DNA of 52,072 bases, taken from an uncultured Candidatus Saccharibacteria bacterium. GTDB lineage: Bacteria; Patescibacteriota; WWE3; UBA101185; UBA10185. Location of the stretch: positions 1 to 52,072 of the forward strand of contig CAZPYT010000002.1 in the NCBI GenBank assembly GCA_964590955.1. The letters run 5' to 3'. The notes below the pieces were generated by a model. It saw only the letters and a program-made list of their open reading frames with translations. It made no database searches and was not told the origin of the DNA. Below, one piece after another: positions 8,407-17,041 of this stretch. Each line of letters starts with the position of its first letter. Position 1 is the stretch's first letter. Position numbers and translations under genes: made by a program.

Positions 8407-9018
8407 TCAAAGAATAAGACTCTGTGTTTTAGCACAGAGATGGATTCGTGCCTGTAGCGTAGCGGAAGCTGCAAACAGCAAGATCAAACAGCAGACTGCA
8501 CACTTTAGTGCGCAGTCGTTGATTGTTAGCGCAAATTCTGAAAACTATTAGCCTCCACGTGGGCTTAATATACTTGTAGATTACCCTGGAGGTTTTATTC
8601 AAAATAACTATTTAGATTTTTTGTAATGACAAGTGGTTCATGAGTTGTCAAATATCGCAGTCAGATGCTATATATACTACTGTAACCGCTTGTGCCGGTG
8701 AACATTATGTTGGTATTGGAGGATGGGCAAAGGTAATGCTGCTTGATTGACCAAACCAAAAATATAACGGGTGGGTATTTGGCGGGTTATTTGTTGACGA
8801 TTCGGCAGCTGTAGATTCTTTATTCCATTTTTCAAACTCTTGTAATGATGATAAATTTGCTTTACTAAAAACTGCAATAGCGGATAGGTAGCCGCCCAAA
8901 GCAACTATGGAAAACTATGATACTTATCACGTGGTTTTCGATATTGTGGAGCTTAAGTAATTACTGGCACGTCCCTATAAACATTTTTAATATCTATTGC
9001 TATAAATTAACGTTGTTT

Positions 9019-9708
9019 TTAAACTCTTTTCTTTCCAAAAAACAAAGCCTGATACAAATTAAAAAAAACATCGCTGTACTTTATAAACTGTGTCCACATT
9101 ATAATTTCCTGCTTTACCCCTTTTAGAAATCCTATTTTCGTTGTTTTGTGTGTGTTTTTTGCGGAAATATTAAAATGTGCGACCTTTAGATTTTTATCAT
9201 ATATGTATCTGTTAATTGCAGGTTCCAGTTGATACCCTTTTACGTTTTCATCGTTAAGTACTTTTTCCAAAATAGATCTTTTAAGTATCCTGCTGCCGGT
9301 GGCTGCGTGTGGTAACCCTATAATTATACGCGCCAGTAAATCCCATAAAGTAACAGGGAGTGTGCATACAAGTAAACAGTCCAGTTTATTTTTCTCAAAT
9401 GCCTTAATAGCTGCAATAATTTCGTCGGCTTTGACATTTTGCAAGTCGCTATCTATTAAAATTAGATTTTCTCTGGTACTAGTTTCAAAACCGGTTTTGA
9501 TTGCATCTTTTTTACCCAAATTTCTAGTATGTCTCATCAATTTTACTGATGAATATTTTTTACGAATGGAATTGCTGGCTCTTAGATCTTCAGAACCATC
9601 ATCCACACATATAACCTCAGATATCTCAGAAACTTGTGTTAGAGAGTTAATAACATCTACAACCCCAGGATATTCATTTAACATTGGTACTATACATGAA
9701 TAAGTCAC
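9019..9708 (-). CDS. family 2 glycosyltransferase (polyprenol-phosphate sugar synthase-like)
   Basis: CIVPMLNE, VICVDDGSED, RHTRNLGKKDAIKTG, IDSDLQ. Paralogue of 50051..50776. GTG start 6 nt after TATAAT. Confidence 0.8.
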   Translation of the reverse strand: MTYSCIVPMLNEYPGVVDVINSLTQVSEISEVICVDDGSEDLRASNSIRKKYSSVKLMRHTRNLGKKDAIKTGFETSTRENLILIDSDLQNVKADEIIAAIKAFEKNKLDCLLVCTLPVTLWDLLARIIIGLPHAATGSRILKRSILEKVLNDENVKGYQLEPAINRYIYDKNLKVAHFNISAKNTHKTTKIGFLKGVKQEIIMWTQFIKYSDVFFNLYQALFFGKKRV

Positions 9709-9785
9709 ATTTTAATTATATGAAGTTATTATTGTAGATTCTACATATTGAACTTATCATGATAAAATCCTAGTGTTTAATGAGT

Positions 9786-9878
9786 GGAGGAGTACCAAAG
9801 TGGCCATAATGGGCTGGTCTCGAAAACCAAGCGTCTGCGTCAGCGGGCACGTGGGTTCGAATCCCACCTCCTCCGCCA
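9786..9878 (+). tRNA. tRNA-Ser (anticodon CGA), long variable arm, CCA encoded
   Basis: Acceptor GGAGGAG/CTCCTCC, anticodon loop CTCGAAA, long extra arm, T-arm GTGGG-TTCGAAT-CCCAC, discriminator G + CCA. Confidence 0.85.
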
Positions 9879-9920
9879 AAAAAGTGGATATCACCTTGTG
9901 TGGTAGTCGCTTTTTTGATT

Positions 9921-9980
9921 GGATGGGATTCGAATGCCGAGCTGAGGCGCGTCAGCGAAGAAGGAGGTTGGGTTGAATGC
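9921..9980 (+). repeat. decayed partial copy of the tRNA-Ser 3' half
   Basis: Contains GGGATTCGAATGCC (T-loop-like), an exact GCGTCAGCG (also at 9837-9845 in the tRNA variable arm) and TGGGTTGAATGC. Confidence 0.5.
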
Positions 9981-10029
9981 TTTTGTATGTTATGAGCGCA
10001 TGCAAATTACAGACAAAAGACATATGACC

Positions 10030-10054
10030 GAGTCCCACTTCCTCCGCCAAAAAA
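10030..10054 (+). repeat. direct repeat of the tRNA-Ser 3' end (att-like)
   Basis: GAGTCCCACTTCCTCCGCCAAAAAA versus the tRNA end GAATCCCACCTCCTCCGCCAAAAAA (9859-9883), 23 of 25 identical, same orientation. Confidence 0.7.
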
Positions 10055-10158
10055 CTTCGATAGGTTTTAATATGCTCAGACGAATTTATTAAAGAGGTAA
10101 TTTGGAACCCTCCGGTATATTGTTACCAACTATATGAGAATACGGCTATAATGTAGCT

Positions 10159-10881
10159 ATGTGGGAGCCCAACGATATCCAAAAAAAGATATTACTAGAA
10201 TTGCTTACTTCAGAACAGTTGCGCTATTCTGAAATAAAACCAAAGAACTTAGCAAACGACCTATTTAATTACCATTTACAGTTTTTGCTAAAAAAAGAAC
10301 TTATTATTAAGTCGGATAACACTTATTCCTTAAGCACAAAAGGTGTTAAATTTTTGGAAGAAACAAAACCCATATCTCGAACCGAAGGATTTACACAGAG
10401 TTATCGAGTTAGCGTTTTGTATATTGTAATGAATACAATAAACGATGAAAAAATGATACTAGTACAAAAAAGAACTCGTAAACCTTTTCTTGGTAACACT
10501 GGACTTCCGAGCGGGAAACTTTTAAAAGGTGAACTAATAGAGGATGCTGCTACAAGGTTATGTTTTAAAGAAACAGGTTTAAGATGTAAATTCAGAAAAA
10601 TTGGTGTGCTAAGAAGCATTAGGCATTTTGAAAACGATCTGTTTAGCGATGGCTTTTGGTTTATATGTACGTCTGTGCAAGAACCTGCAGGCGATGTCGA
10701 AAGCATCTCCACACATGGACAAAACTACTGGGTTTCTATTGACGAAGCAATCAAGCTCGAGCAAGATTCTGCAACAAAAAGCAATTATATTATGGGTATT
10801 CTAGAGTCTTTAAAAAACACAACCACTTTTCGATTTGACGAAAAAGTTGTTGAGGAATCATGCAAGTTATCTTCGTTGTAA
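10159..10881 (+). CDS. winged-helix (N-terminal) + Nudix hydrolase domain protein
   Basis: N-terminal KKILLELLTSEQLRYSEI..LFNYHLQFLLKKELI (wHTH). Nudix box GKLLKGELIEDAATRLCFKETGL. TATAAT (10147-10152) lies 6 nt from the ATG. Confidence 0.65.
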   Translation: MWEPNDIQKKILLELLTSEQLRYSEIKPKNLANDLFNYHLQFLLKKELIIKSDNTYSLSTKGVKFLEETKPISRTEGFTQSYRVSVLYIVMNTINDEKMILVQKRTRKPFLGNTGLPSGKLLKGELIEDAATRLCFKETGLRCKFRKIGVLRSIRHFENDLFSDGFWFICTSVQEPAGDVESISTHGQNYWVSIDEAIKLEQDSATKSNYIMGILESLKNTTTFRFDEKVVEESCKLSSL

Positions 10882-10936
10882 ATTGCCGAAGGTACCCTCA
10901 CTATCACTATTTTCCGTATTATGTTAAATATTAGCT

Positions 10937-11974
10937 ATGATTAATATATACGAGCAGTTAAAAAAAGAAGGCTATCTGTTGTTAGACGGGGACGAGTTTG
11001 ATATTGAGTCAATGGATATGCTAAAGACTACATTTGAGGGTTATCCCAAGACTCGCGCCACAATTATGCTCTCCTACTTTGATTTACCAACGTGGACCAC
11101 GCTAATATTGTTTGACCCCTCGTTGCCAAAGGTTAAACAAGCCATAGAGGACTTTTCTAAAAGTGCTTCAAGTTTTTTCGTTCGAAGTGATACTCAGTTT
11201 AATAAAATTGACAATCTTAATTTCAGAGATGGTACCCGACAAAACTTGATGGACGATATCCTAAAAATTAAAGACTACGATAACCGTTGGGTAATTGTGT
11301 TAGCAGTACCTAACGATCCTGGACAAGAATTCCGAAATGTAGCTAATTGTAGAATGGGAAGAATAAACGGTGTTGTAACACAGGAATGGACCGGTAGCGG
11401 CTTTTCGGAATACCATCTAGGCAAAGATAAGTTTCCTCATAAATCTGCATTACATGCTGTAATACAGCTGAATGAAGACGGAAGTTGCAAACATACATAT
11501 CAAGTTACAAAAGAGCAGTATTTAGCAGATTTAACCACTTTACTGAGGGCATATGGCCTTGAAAGTTTTAAATTGAAAAGAAAGCTTATTGACGCACATT
11601 ACTACAAAGAAATTGTGGGTAAAGAATACGCTGGTAAAGAGCCCAATAACGAGGAATTAGAAAATGCCTCGAATTTATGGCTAGAGAAAGAACACATTAC
11701 ATCAGAAGATTTAATCAAGCTTGGTAGCGAATATATTACTGTAGATGGAAAAGTACCTGAATCAGTCTCTGCCTATAAAACGAAATATGGACCGTGGAAG
11801 CCCAAAAAATCTCAAATAGATTATTTGATCGAAAGATTCACCGTTTTTGAGGAAAGGTGTCAAAAACTAGGTATTTCGACAGAAGGAAAAATTCTAACAT
11901 GCTCATTTAATGATTCTAACAAAGGGTACAACAAATATGGTGTTATTTTCTGGGATATATTTAATTTACTTTAA
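10937..11974 (+). CDS. hypothetical protein, possibly a divergent ATP-grasp/PPDK_N-like nucleotide-binding partner of the next ORF
   Basis: 345 aa. Resemblance is weak (FFVRSDT.., GVVTQEWTGSG). The assignment rests mostly on tight linkage (11 nt) to the swivel-domain ORF. Confidence 0.3.
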   Translation: MINIYEQLKKEGYLLLDGDEFDIESMDMLKTTFEGYPKTRATIMLSYFDLPTWTTLILFDPSLPKVKQAIEDFSKSASSFFVRSDTQFNKIDNLNFRDGTRQNLMDDILKIKDYDNRWVIVLAVPNDPGQEFRNVANCRMGRINGVVTQEWTGSGFSEYHLGKDKFPHKSALHAVIQLNEDGSCKHTYQVTKEQYLADLTTLLRAYGLESFKLKRKLIDAHYYKEIVGKEYAGKEPNNEELENASNLWLEKEHITSEDLIKLGSEYITVDGKVPESVSAYKTKYGPWKPKKSQIDYLIERFTVFEERCQKLGISTEGKILTCSFNDSNKGYNKYGVIFWDIFNLL

Positions 11975-11985
11975 GAAGGAAATTT

Positions 11986-12327
11986 ATGGAAGAGAAAGTA
12001 AAAACAATAAAAATAAATGGTTTATCTGCTAACTACGGAATTGCAAAAGGAAAAGCAGTTTACATAAAAGCAGTTGAGGATGTAAGTAAAGTTCAAAATG
12101 GAGATATTGTAATAACAGACAAAATTACCTCGGAATACACAGAGGCTTTTATGAAATCAGGAGGCGTAATTTCTGCGAGAGGTGGTATAACCTGCCACGC
12201 GGCAATTGTTTGTCGTGAACAAGCTAAACCATGTATTGTAGCTTGTACTGATGCTTTCAATCTTTTCAAAGAAGGTCAACAAATTGAGGTTGATACTAAG
12301 AACCTTTTGTATTCAATAATTGCCTAA
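11986..12327 (+). CDS. stand-alone PEP-utilising-enzyme mobile (phosphohistidine swivel) domain protein
   Basis: GDIVITDKITSEYTEAF..GGVISARGGITCHAAIVCREQAKPCIV matches the PEP-utilizers motif GG.TSHAAI.ARE.G.P, including the catalytic His. SD AAGGA. Confidence 0.75.
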   Translation: MEEKVKTIKINGLSANYGIAKGKAVYIKAVEDVSKVQNGDIVITDKITSEYTEAFMKSGGVISARGGITCHAAIVCREQAKPCIVACTDAFNLFKEGQQIEVDTKNLLYSIIA

Positions 12328-12381
12328 TGGAATTAAAGGATCTGACCTAAGCCTGTTTTATTGTCAAATATTTTCCAATAT

Positions 12382-12400
12382 CACTCCACGCTCTCCGCCA
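12382..12400 (+). repeat. degenerate tRNA-Ser 3'-end-like repeat
   Basis: CACTCCACGCTCTCCGCCA. The last 8 nt, CTCCGCCA, are identical to the tRNA end, in the same orientation and intergenic. Confidence 0.45.
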
Positions 12401-12841
12401 TTAGCTTTTGGAGACAACTGGCAGTGAAAATCCTTCTAAATCTGTGTAATTTTCGAAACACCCTTTATCATTACAGTACTCCTTGCATTGAATAGCTGTA
12501 TTTTTCTTAACACACCCATTTAGGCATTTATAATACCCTTTGCTGTTGCCGGTAGTATATTCAGTAGCTTTTTTAAGACATTCCTCTTTGGTAGTTGCGG
12601 GCCACATACCAGAGGAATATTTATCTGTAACTTTGTTATACAAGTCGAACACCAACCACCATTTATTATCAGTTTTTATTTCTGGCGACGGTATGGATTT
12701 ATTTTGAGGTAAGTTTTCTGTATTTGAAATGTTAGTATTAGTGGGACTTTTAATATTTACGCTATTTTGGCTCTTGTTAACAAACAATACTCCAATAGTA
12801 AGACTTCCAGCTAAGAGTAGGAAAATAATTAAACCCCTCAT
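12401..12841 (-). CDS. secreted Cys-rich hypothetical protein
   Basis: N-terminal MRGLIIFLLLAGSLTIGVLFV signal/anchor. Six Cys in the C-terminal half. Confidence 0.55.
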   Translation of the reverse strand: MRGLIIFLLLAGSLTIGVLFVNKSQNSVNIKSPTNTNISNTENLPQNKSIPSPEIKTDNKWWLVFDLYNKVTDKYSSGMWPATTKEECLKKATEYTTGNSKGYYKCLNGCVKKNTAIQCKEYCNDKGCFENYTDLEGFSLPVVSKS

Positions 12842-12908
12842 ATAGTTAGTGTATTACTTGTATTGTGTTATGTTAAGGTTTTACATTTTCAAAAAAAGCT
12901 ACAAGTAC

Positions 12909-12926
12909 GTCCCATGCCCTCCGCCA
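12909..12926 (+). repeat. degenerate tRNA-Ser 3'-end-like repeat
   Basis: GTCCCATGCCCTCCGCCA. 14 of 17 match TCCCACCTCCTCCGCCA, in the same orientation and intergenic. Confidence 0.5.
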
Positions 12927-13224
12927 TGAAGAGAAAAACGCCTAATATTATGGTGGTTACTTGTCTCAAGTCATCAAGACTATATATTGGTTTAAGTTAT
13001 ACATTTGTTTAAACTGCTTTGACTACAATGTATGCAACTAGGGGTAATTGTAAAATTTCGCTAACTTCTAATAGCGTAATAAATGTACTACCATACTTCA
13101 CGTGTGACTCTAAGTCATTAAATCAATTAGATAATATATATTTTTGCGGAGTTAAATATAAATACGATGTAAATAAAAAAGACCAATTAATATTCAGGTG
13201 GAGCAACTTACCCAAATATTTCCA

Positions 13225-14412
13225 TTAGTTATATTTATCTGAAATAAAATTTACGATGTCCTGTTTTAAATTGGGTTTTTCGTCCCACTTGCTTGTAATT
13301 GCCCTGTCGGCAAAGTCTCCCGCTTCTTTAAAACCCTTTGCGAATAGACCGGCTATTGCTCTAGCCTCAGGAGATGCGTCTTTATCCTTAGCAATTTCAT
13401 TTGCAATAGCACTTGCTATCTCTAAGCTAACTTTTACTGCAATTCTTAGTAGCAATTGCGCAGCTTCCTTTCCTTCTTCTTTAATGTCACCCTCTCCGTC
13501 AAACAGTTCCTCAAAAATATCTTTTATTCCCGGCTCCTCTTCTACCTTTGTGTTATCTTCACCAAAAATGCTTTTAAATTCTTCTTCATTCCCATATTCA
13601 TTTTTTCCGTTTGTGTATTCCCATGCATTTTTAGCTTCTTCTCTAAACCTAGTACCAAAACTTTCAGCTTTCTCTTTTTCCTCTCCAGTGAAATCTTCTC
13701 CTAATGCCTCAAATCCATTATCCTCCAGCCATTTTTTTGTATCATCATCTATGTCGCCAGTTAGCCATTCTCCTTGGTGGAATACAACTTCTGCCTCGAC
13801 TGGGGCTTCTGCAGTAGAAGCGCCTGAAGGTTGTTCTTCCGTAGATTCGCTTCCCGTATTTATCTCTATATGTGGAATTAACTTTGTATCTTCTCCATAT
13901 ATATTTGCTCTTTTTAGTGTTGTGTCCAAGTTTTTCATACTAAGAAATATATTATCTGATGTATCTGGTAGCTCTGTTACCGGAATCTCTAACATAGCGG
14001 CTAGTTGTTCTTTGTTTTCAGGAAAACTGTCTGAGCCGAAAGATCCTACAACCCCACTTATTTTTTCAGGTCTCGCGATTCCTTGCTGAAAAAGTTTTCC
14101 AAAAAAGTCGTATGTTTCTGCTGCAGAGTCTCGATATTGAGTGTAGTCTGGTGAACCCTCTACAATTTTAGCTATAGCATCATCAGATTCGGTACCTAGA
14201 CTTTTCACTAGGTTTTGATTGAAAAGTACACCAATTGTATATTCATGTAATTTCTCATTTTCATTTGGATTTGTAATTTTTGAAAAACTTCCCCATTTTT
14301 CTAAGGCTTCTGAATTTTTTGGTTTTAGATCCTCGATAATTGCACTTACGGCTGAGGCTTTATCTGCTGCAAACGGATTTTCTATTGGTATTAATGTTTC
14401 TACAGAGGGCAT
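13225..14412 (-). CDS. highly acidic hypothetical protein
   Basis: 395-aa ORF rich in E/D/K. The long Ser-rich antisense ORF (13256..14089) looks like a composition artefact. Confidence 0.55.
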   Translation of the reverse strand: MPSVETLIPIENPFAADKASAVSAIIEDLKPKNSEALEKWGSFSKITNPNENEKLHEYTIGVLFNQNLVKSLGTESDDAIAKIVEGSPDYTQYRDSAAETYDFFGKLFQQGIARPEKISGVVGSFGSDSFPENKEQLAAMLEIPVTELPDTSDNIFLSMKNLDTTLKRANIYGEDTKLIPHIEINTGSESTEEQPSGASTAEAPVEAEVVFHQGEWLTGDIDDDTKKWLEDNGFEALGEDFTGEEKEKAESFGTRFREEAKNAWEYTNGKNEYGNEEEFKSIFGEDNTKVEEEPGIKDIFEELFDGEGDIKEEGKEAAQLLLRIAVKVSLEIASAIANEIAKDKDASPEARAIAGLFAKGFKEAGDFADRAITSKWDEKPNLKQDIVNFISDKYN

Positions 14413-14576
14413 GTGTAAATGATATCATAGCGCTGAGATAAAAGCATAGCGTTGGCATTTCAACAGCACGAGCTTGAATATTTTATGGCTAATAAATCAA
14501 TCACTTATCGATTGTCAAATCCTTTAGCTTAACCGAAAAGTTTTAAAAGGCAAATTAATACAGGCTCCGATGTCTA

Positions 14577-15404
14577 TTAGTTTTTAGTTTTTTTATACAA
14601 ATAGATTTTAGTATTAACAAACCAATTCAAAGGATATTCTATGCTTTGTACTTCCAGCATTTCATACCGGCTGGAGATTTCCGGATTTGTATTGGGACTG
14701 TCGTAAGAAAAAATGTATTTAATATTGTCAGAAGTGCCATTTAGTTTTTTCCATGCATGGGTGGCTGCTATTTCATTTGGTTTTGCATCACCTTTTTCTA
14801 CGAGAGTTGAACTTTTTCTCCAGATATAATTATTCTTTAGTATAAAATCTGCTGCCATTTTAGTGGATAGAATTCCTAAAAATAATACGAAGCCTGCCAA
14901 TATGTGCTCATTTATTTTAGAATTTATATGAAGCAAAAACAAAATTGTTCTTGGTACTATAGGTAATAAATATCTATCAAAAAAGGTTTCTGTAAAAACC
15001 ATCAGTATCAAATATCCGAAAATGGTGATTGAGTATATATTGATCAGTTTGTGTCTATAAATAAACATAGTCGCAATAAAACAGCTCACCGCAATTTTTG
15101 AAGCTATATCCCAATTATTTAAAAAATGTCGTAATTAAATTTAAATTGATATTTAGTTCCATGCACGGCACGGGGATAGAATCCTGTACGCTCAAAAGTA
15201 TTTTTCAAAATAGGGATATTCTTCCCATGATATTTTTCCTGGACTAAAGTTTGCATTTAGAACAAGAAAAGCTAATAAACCAAAGGCGATTAAGCCTATT
15301 AGCTTTTGCGGGTTGGATAGGATTTCATAAAAAGCATCATGTATAAAATGAACACTGTCGCTGTGAGAATTAATTGAATTAATACATCTTTATATTTTTT
15401 TCAT
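14577..15404 (-). pseudogene. degraded polytopic membrane (GT-C/ArnT-like) gene
   Basis: ATG at 15404 runs into an A7 homopolymer and stops after 4 codons. The adjacent frame reads KKYKDVLIQLILTATVFILYMMLF.., a third frame reads PQKLIGLIAFGLLAFLVLNANFSPGKISWEEYPYFEKYF, and the intact tail is ORF 14577..15089. Confidence 0.5.
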
Positions 15405-15532
15405 TTTACTTTTTTATGGGTAATGTCTGCAAATCCGTTGCTATTGGTTGTACATATGTAAGGAAATTTCGGTGCGGTTTGTGTGTGCTGAAAAATCTCA
15501 TATTAAATCAAAAATTAGGATAGAATAAGACC

Positions 15533-17041
15533 ATGGAGGCCAAGTCAAAACTGATTAATATAGTTTTTTCTTTATTGTTAATTCTATATTTTTCATCTTT
15601 TTTCATTGTTAAAATAAATCCTACAAATTCAGATGTCGGTAGGCATATAAAAAACGGAGAAGTTCTTTTAACACAAGGTATTATTCCGCACACTAATTTT
15701 TACTCATATACTGAGCCTGATTTTACTGTAATTATGCATCACTGGCTGTCAGGCGTGCTCTATTATATAGTTTATTTTTTTTCGGGTTTTAATGGTTTAA
15801 CTTATTTTAATGCCTTATTGTTTGGGCTTTATATTTTTGCCGTTTATAAGGCATCACAGAGGTATGCTAGTTCTCATATTGCATTTTTTTCCGTACTTAT
15901 GATGCTCCCGTTTTTGACCTCAAGAAAAGAAGTCAGACCCGAAGTATTCAGTTATGTGTTTGTAATGTTGTATTTTATACTGTTGGATAATTATCGTTTG
16001 GGTAAAGTTACTTTGAAAAGGCTGCTATTATTAACAATTCCTATTCAGGTATTTTGGGTTAACTTGCACATATTTTTTATATTAGGAATATTTTTGCCTG
16101 GTTTATTTGCACTAAATGAGCTTTTATTTAATCGAAAAAGTAAATCATATTATCAGTATATTTATGTATCTGCAGCCCTATTTCTGGTAAGTTTTTTAAA
16201 CCCATCGTTCGCTGCAGGCGCGCTTGAGCCATTTAATATATTTAAAGAATTTGCTTTTACGGTTGTAGAATTATCACCAATGCTTCATTTGCAGAAAGTA
16301 CTGCCCGATTTTGTATTTATATGTGTTGAGGTTTATGCCGGTATTTTATTGTTATTAACATGTATAGTGATATACAAAAAAAAGCTGTCGCGTTATTTTA
16401 TCTTATTGGTTTTAAATTATTGTTTCTTAGTTCTGTCTTTTAAAGCCATTAGAGGAATTCCTTTATTAGGTCTGTTTTCTGCACCTTTTTTGGCAATGTT
16501 TATAAACGACTTTCTCCCGCGGGAGAAGACTGTTTTTAACATATTTAATATTATTATGACTGTTGTATCTCTAGAAGCACTTACTCTTAGTAATGTCGGT
16601 GTGGGATTATATCCGGGTGTACTTGATTCGGCCAATTTTTATAAACAAAATAATCTCAAAGGTCCCATTTTCAACAATTTTGATATCGGAAGCTACTTGA
16701 TCTTTAATTTTTACGGTAAAGAACCTGTTTTTGTAGATAACCGTCCTGAGGCATATAGTGCTGCGTTTTTTAATGATCTATATAAACCAATGCAGCACGA
16801 TAAGGCTAAATGGCTAGCGGCTTTAGAAGAATATCAATTCAATGTTATTTACTTTAATAAAAATGACATATCCCTGCGCGGAAGGACTTTTTTAACTACA
16901 CGTTCTAAAGACCCCGATTGGGTAACGGTATATATCGATCAATATGCAATAATTATGGTGAGAAATAATGCTCAAAACAGAGATTTAATAGACAAATATG
17001 CCCTTTATGATGTTTATGTTCCGTCTATTCCTCTTGAGTAA
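15533..17041 (+). CDS. large polytopic membrane protein, probable GT-C-fold glycosyltransferase (paralogue A)
   Basis: 502 aa with many TM helices. Shares long identical blocks with 19025..20530 (GRHxKNGE, TNFYSYTxPDF, HHWxSGV, EVRPEVFSY, FKAIRGIP, GPIFNNxDIG, VFVDNRPEAYS). TAGAAT lies 6 nt from the ATG. Confidence 0.6.
   Translation: MEAKSKLINIVFSLLLILYFSSFFIVKINPTNSDVGRHIKNGEVLLTQGIIPHTNFYSYTEPDFTVIMHHWLSGVLYYIVYFFSGFNGLTYFNALLFGLYIFAVYKASQRYASSHIAFFSVLMMLPFLTSRKEVRPEVFSYVFVMLYFILLDNYRLGKVTLKRLLLLTIPIQVFWVNLHIFFILGIFLPGLFALNELLFNRKSKSYYQYIYVSAALFLVSFLNPSFAAGALEPFNIFKEFAFTVVELSPMLHLQKVLPDFVFICVEVYAGILLLLTCIVIYKKKLSRYFILLVLNYCFLVLSFKAIRGIPLLGLFSAPFLAMFINDFLPREKTVFNIFNIIMTVVSLEALTLSNVGVGLYPGVLDSANFYKQNNLKGPIFNNFDIGSYLIFNFYGKEPVFVDNRPEAYSAAFFNDLYKPMQHDKAKWLAALEEYQFNVIYFNKNDISLRGRTFLTTRSKDPDWVTVYIDQYAIIMVRNNAQNRDLIDKYALYDVYVPSIPLE

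Noticed and set aside
8448-8490. SRP (4.5S) RNA-like GGAA tetraloop hairpin
   Set aside because: Only the 5-bp stem, the GGAA loop and one extra CTGT/ACAG helix can be drawn. The conserved symmetric and asymmetric loop sequences and a long closing helix are absent.
8677-9126. Short track ORFs 8677..8904, 8705..8899 and 8917..9126
   Set aside because: They overlap one another, use non-ATG starts, lack expression signals and have implausible composition. This is probably non-coding DNA or a gene relic.
13019-13228. 69-aa plus-strand ORF after the last tRNA-like repeat
   Set aside because: TTG start, no SD or -10 box, no motif, and it runs into the stop region of the convergent gene.
13256-14089. 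277-aa Ser-rich plus-strand ORF (and 13456..13704), antisense to the acidic protein gene
   Set aside because: Low-complexity S/F/L composition is the mirror image of the E/K/D-rich minus-strand gene. It has no start signals, so I treat it as a shadow ORF.
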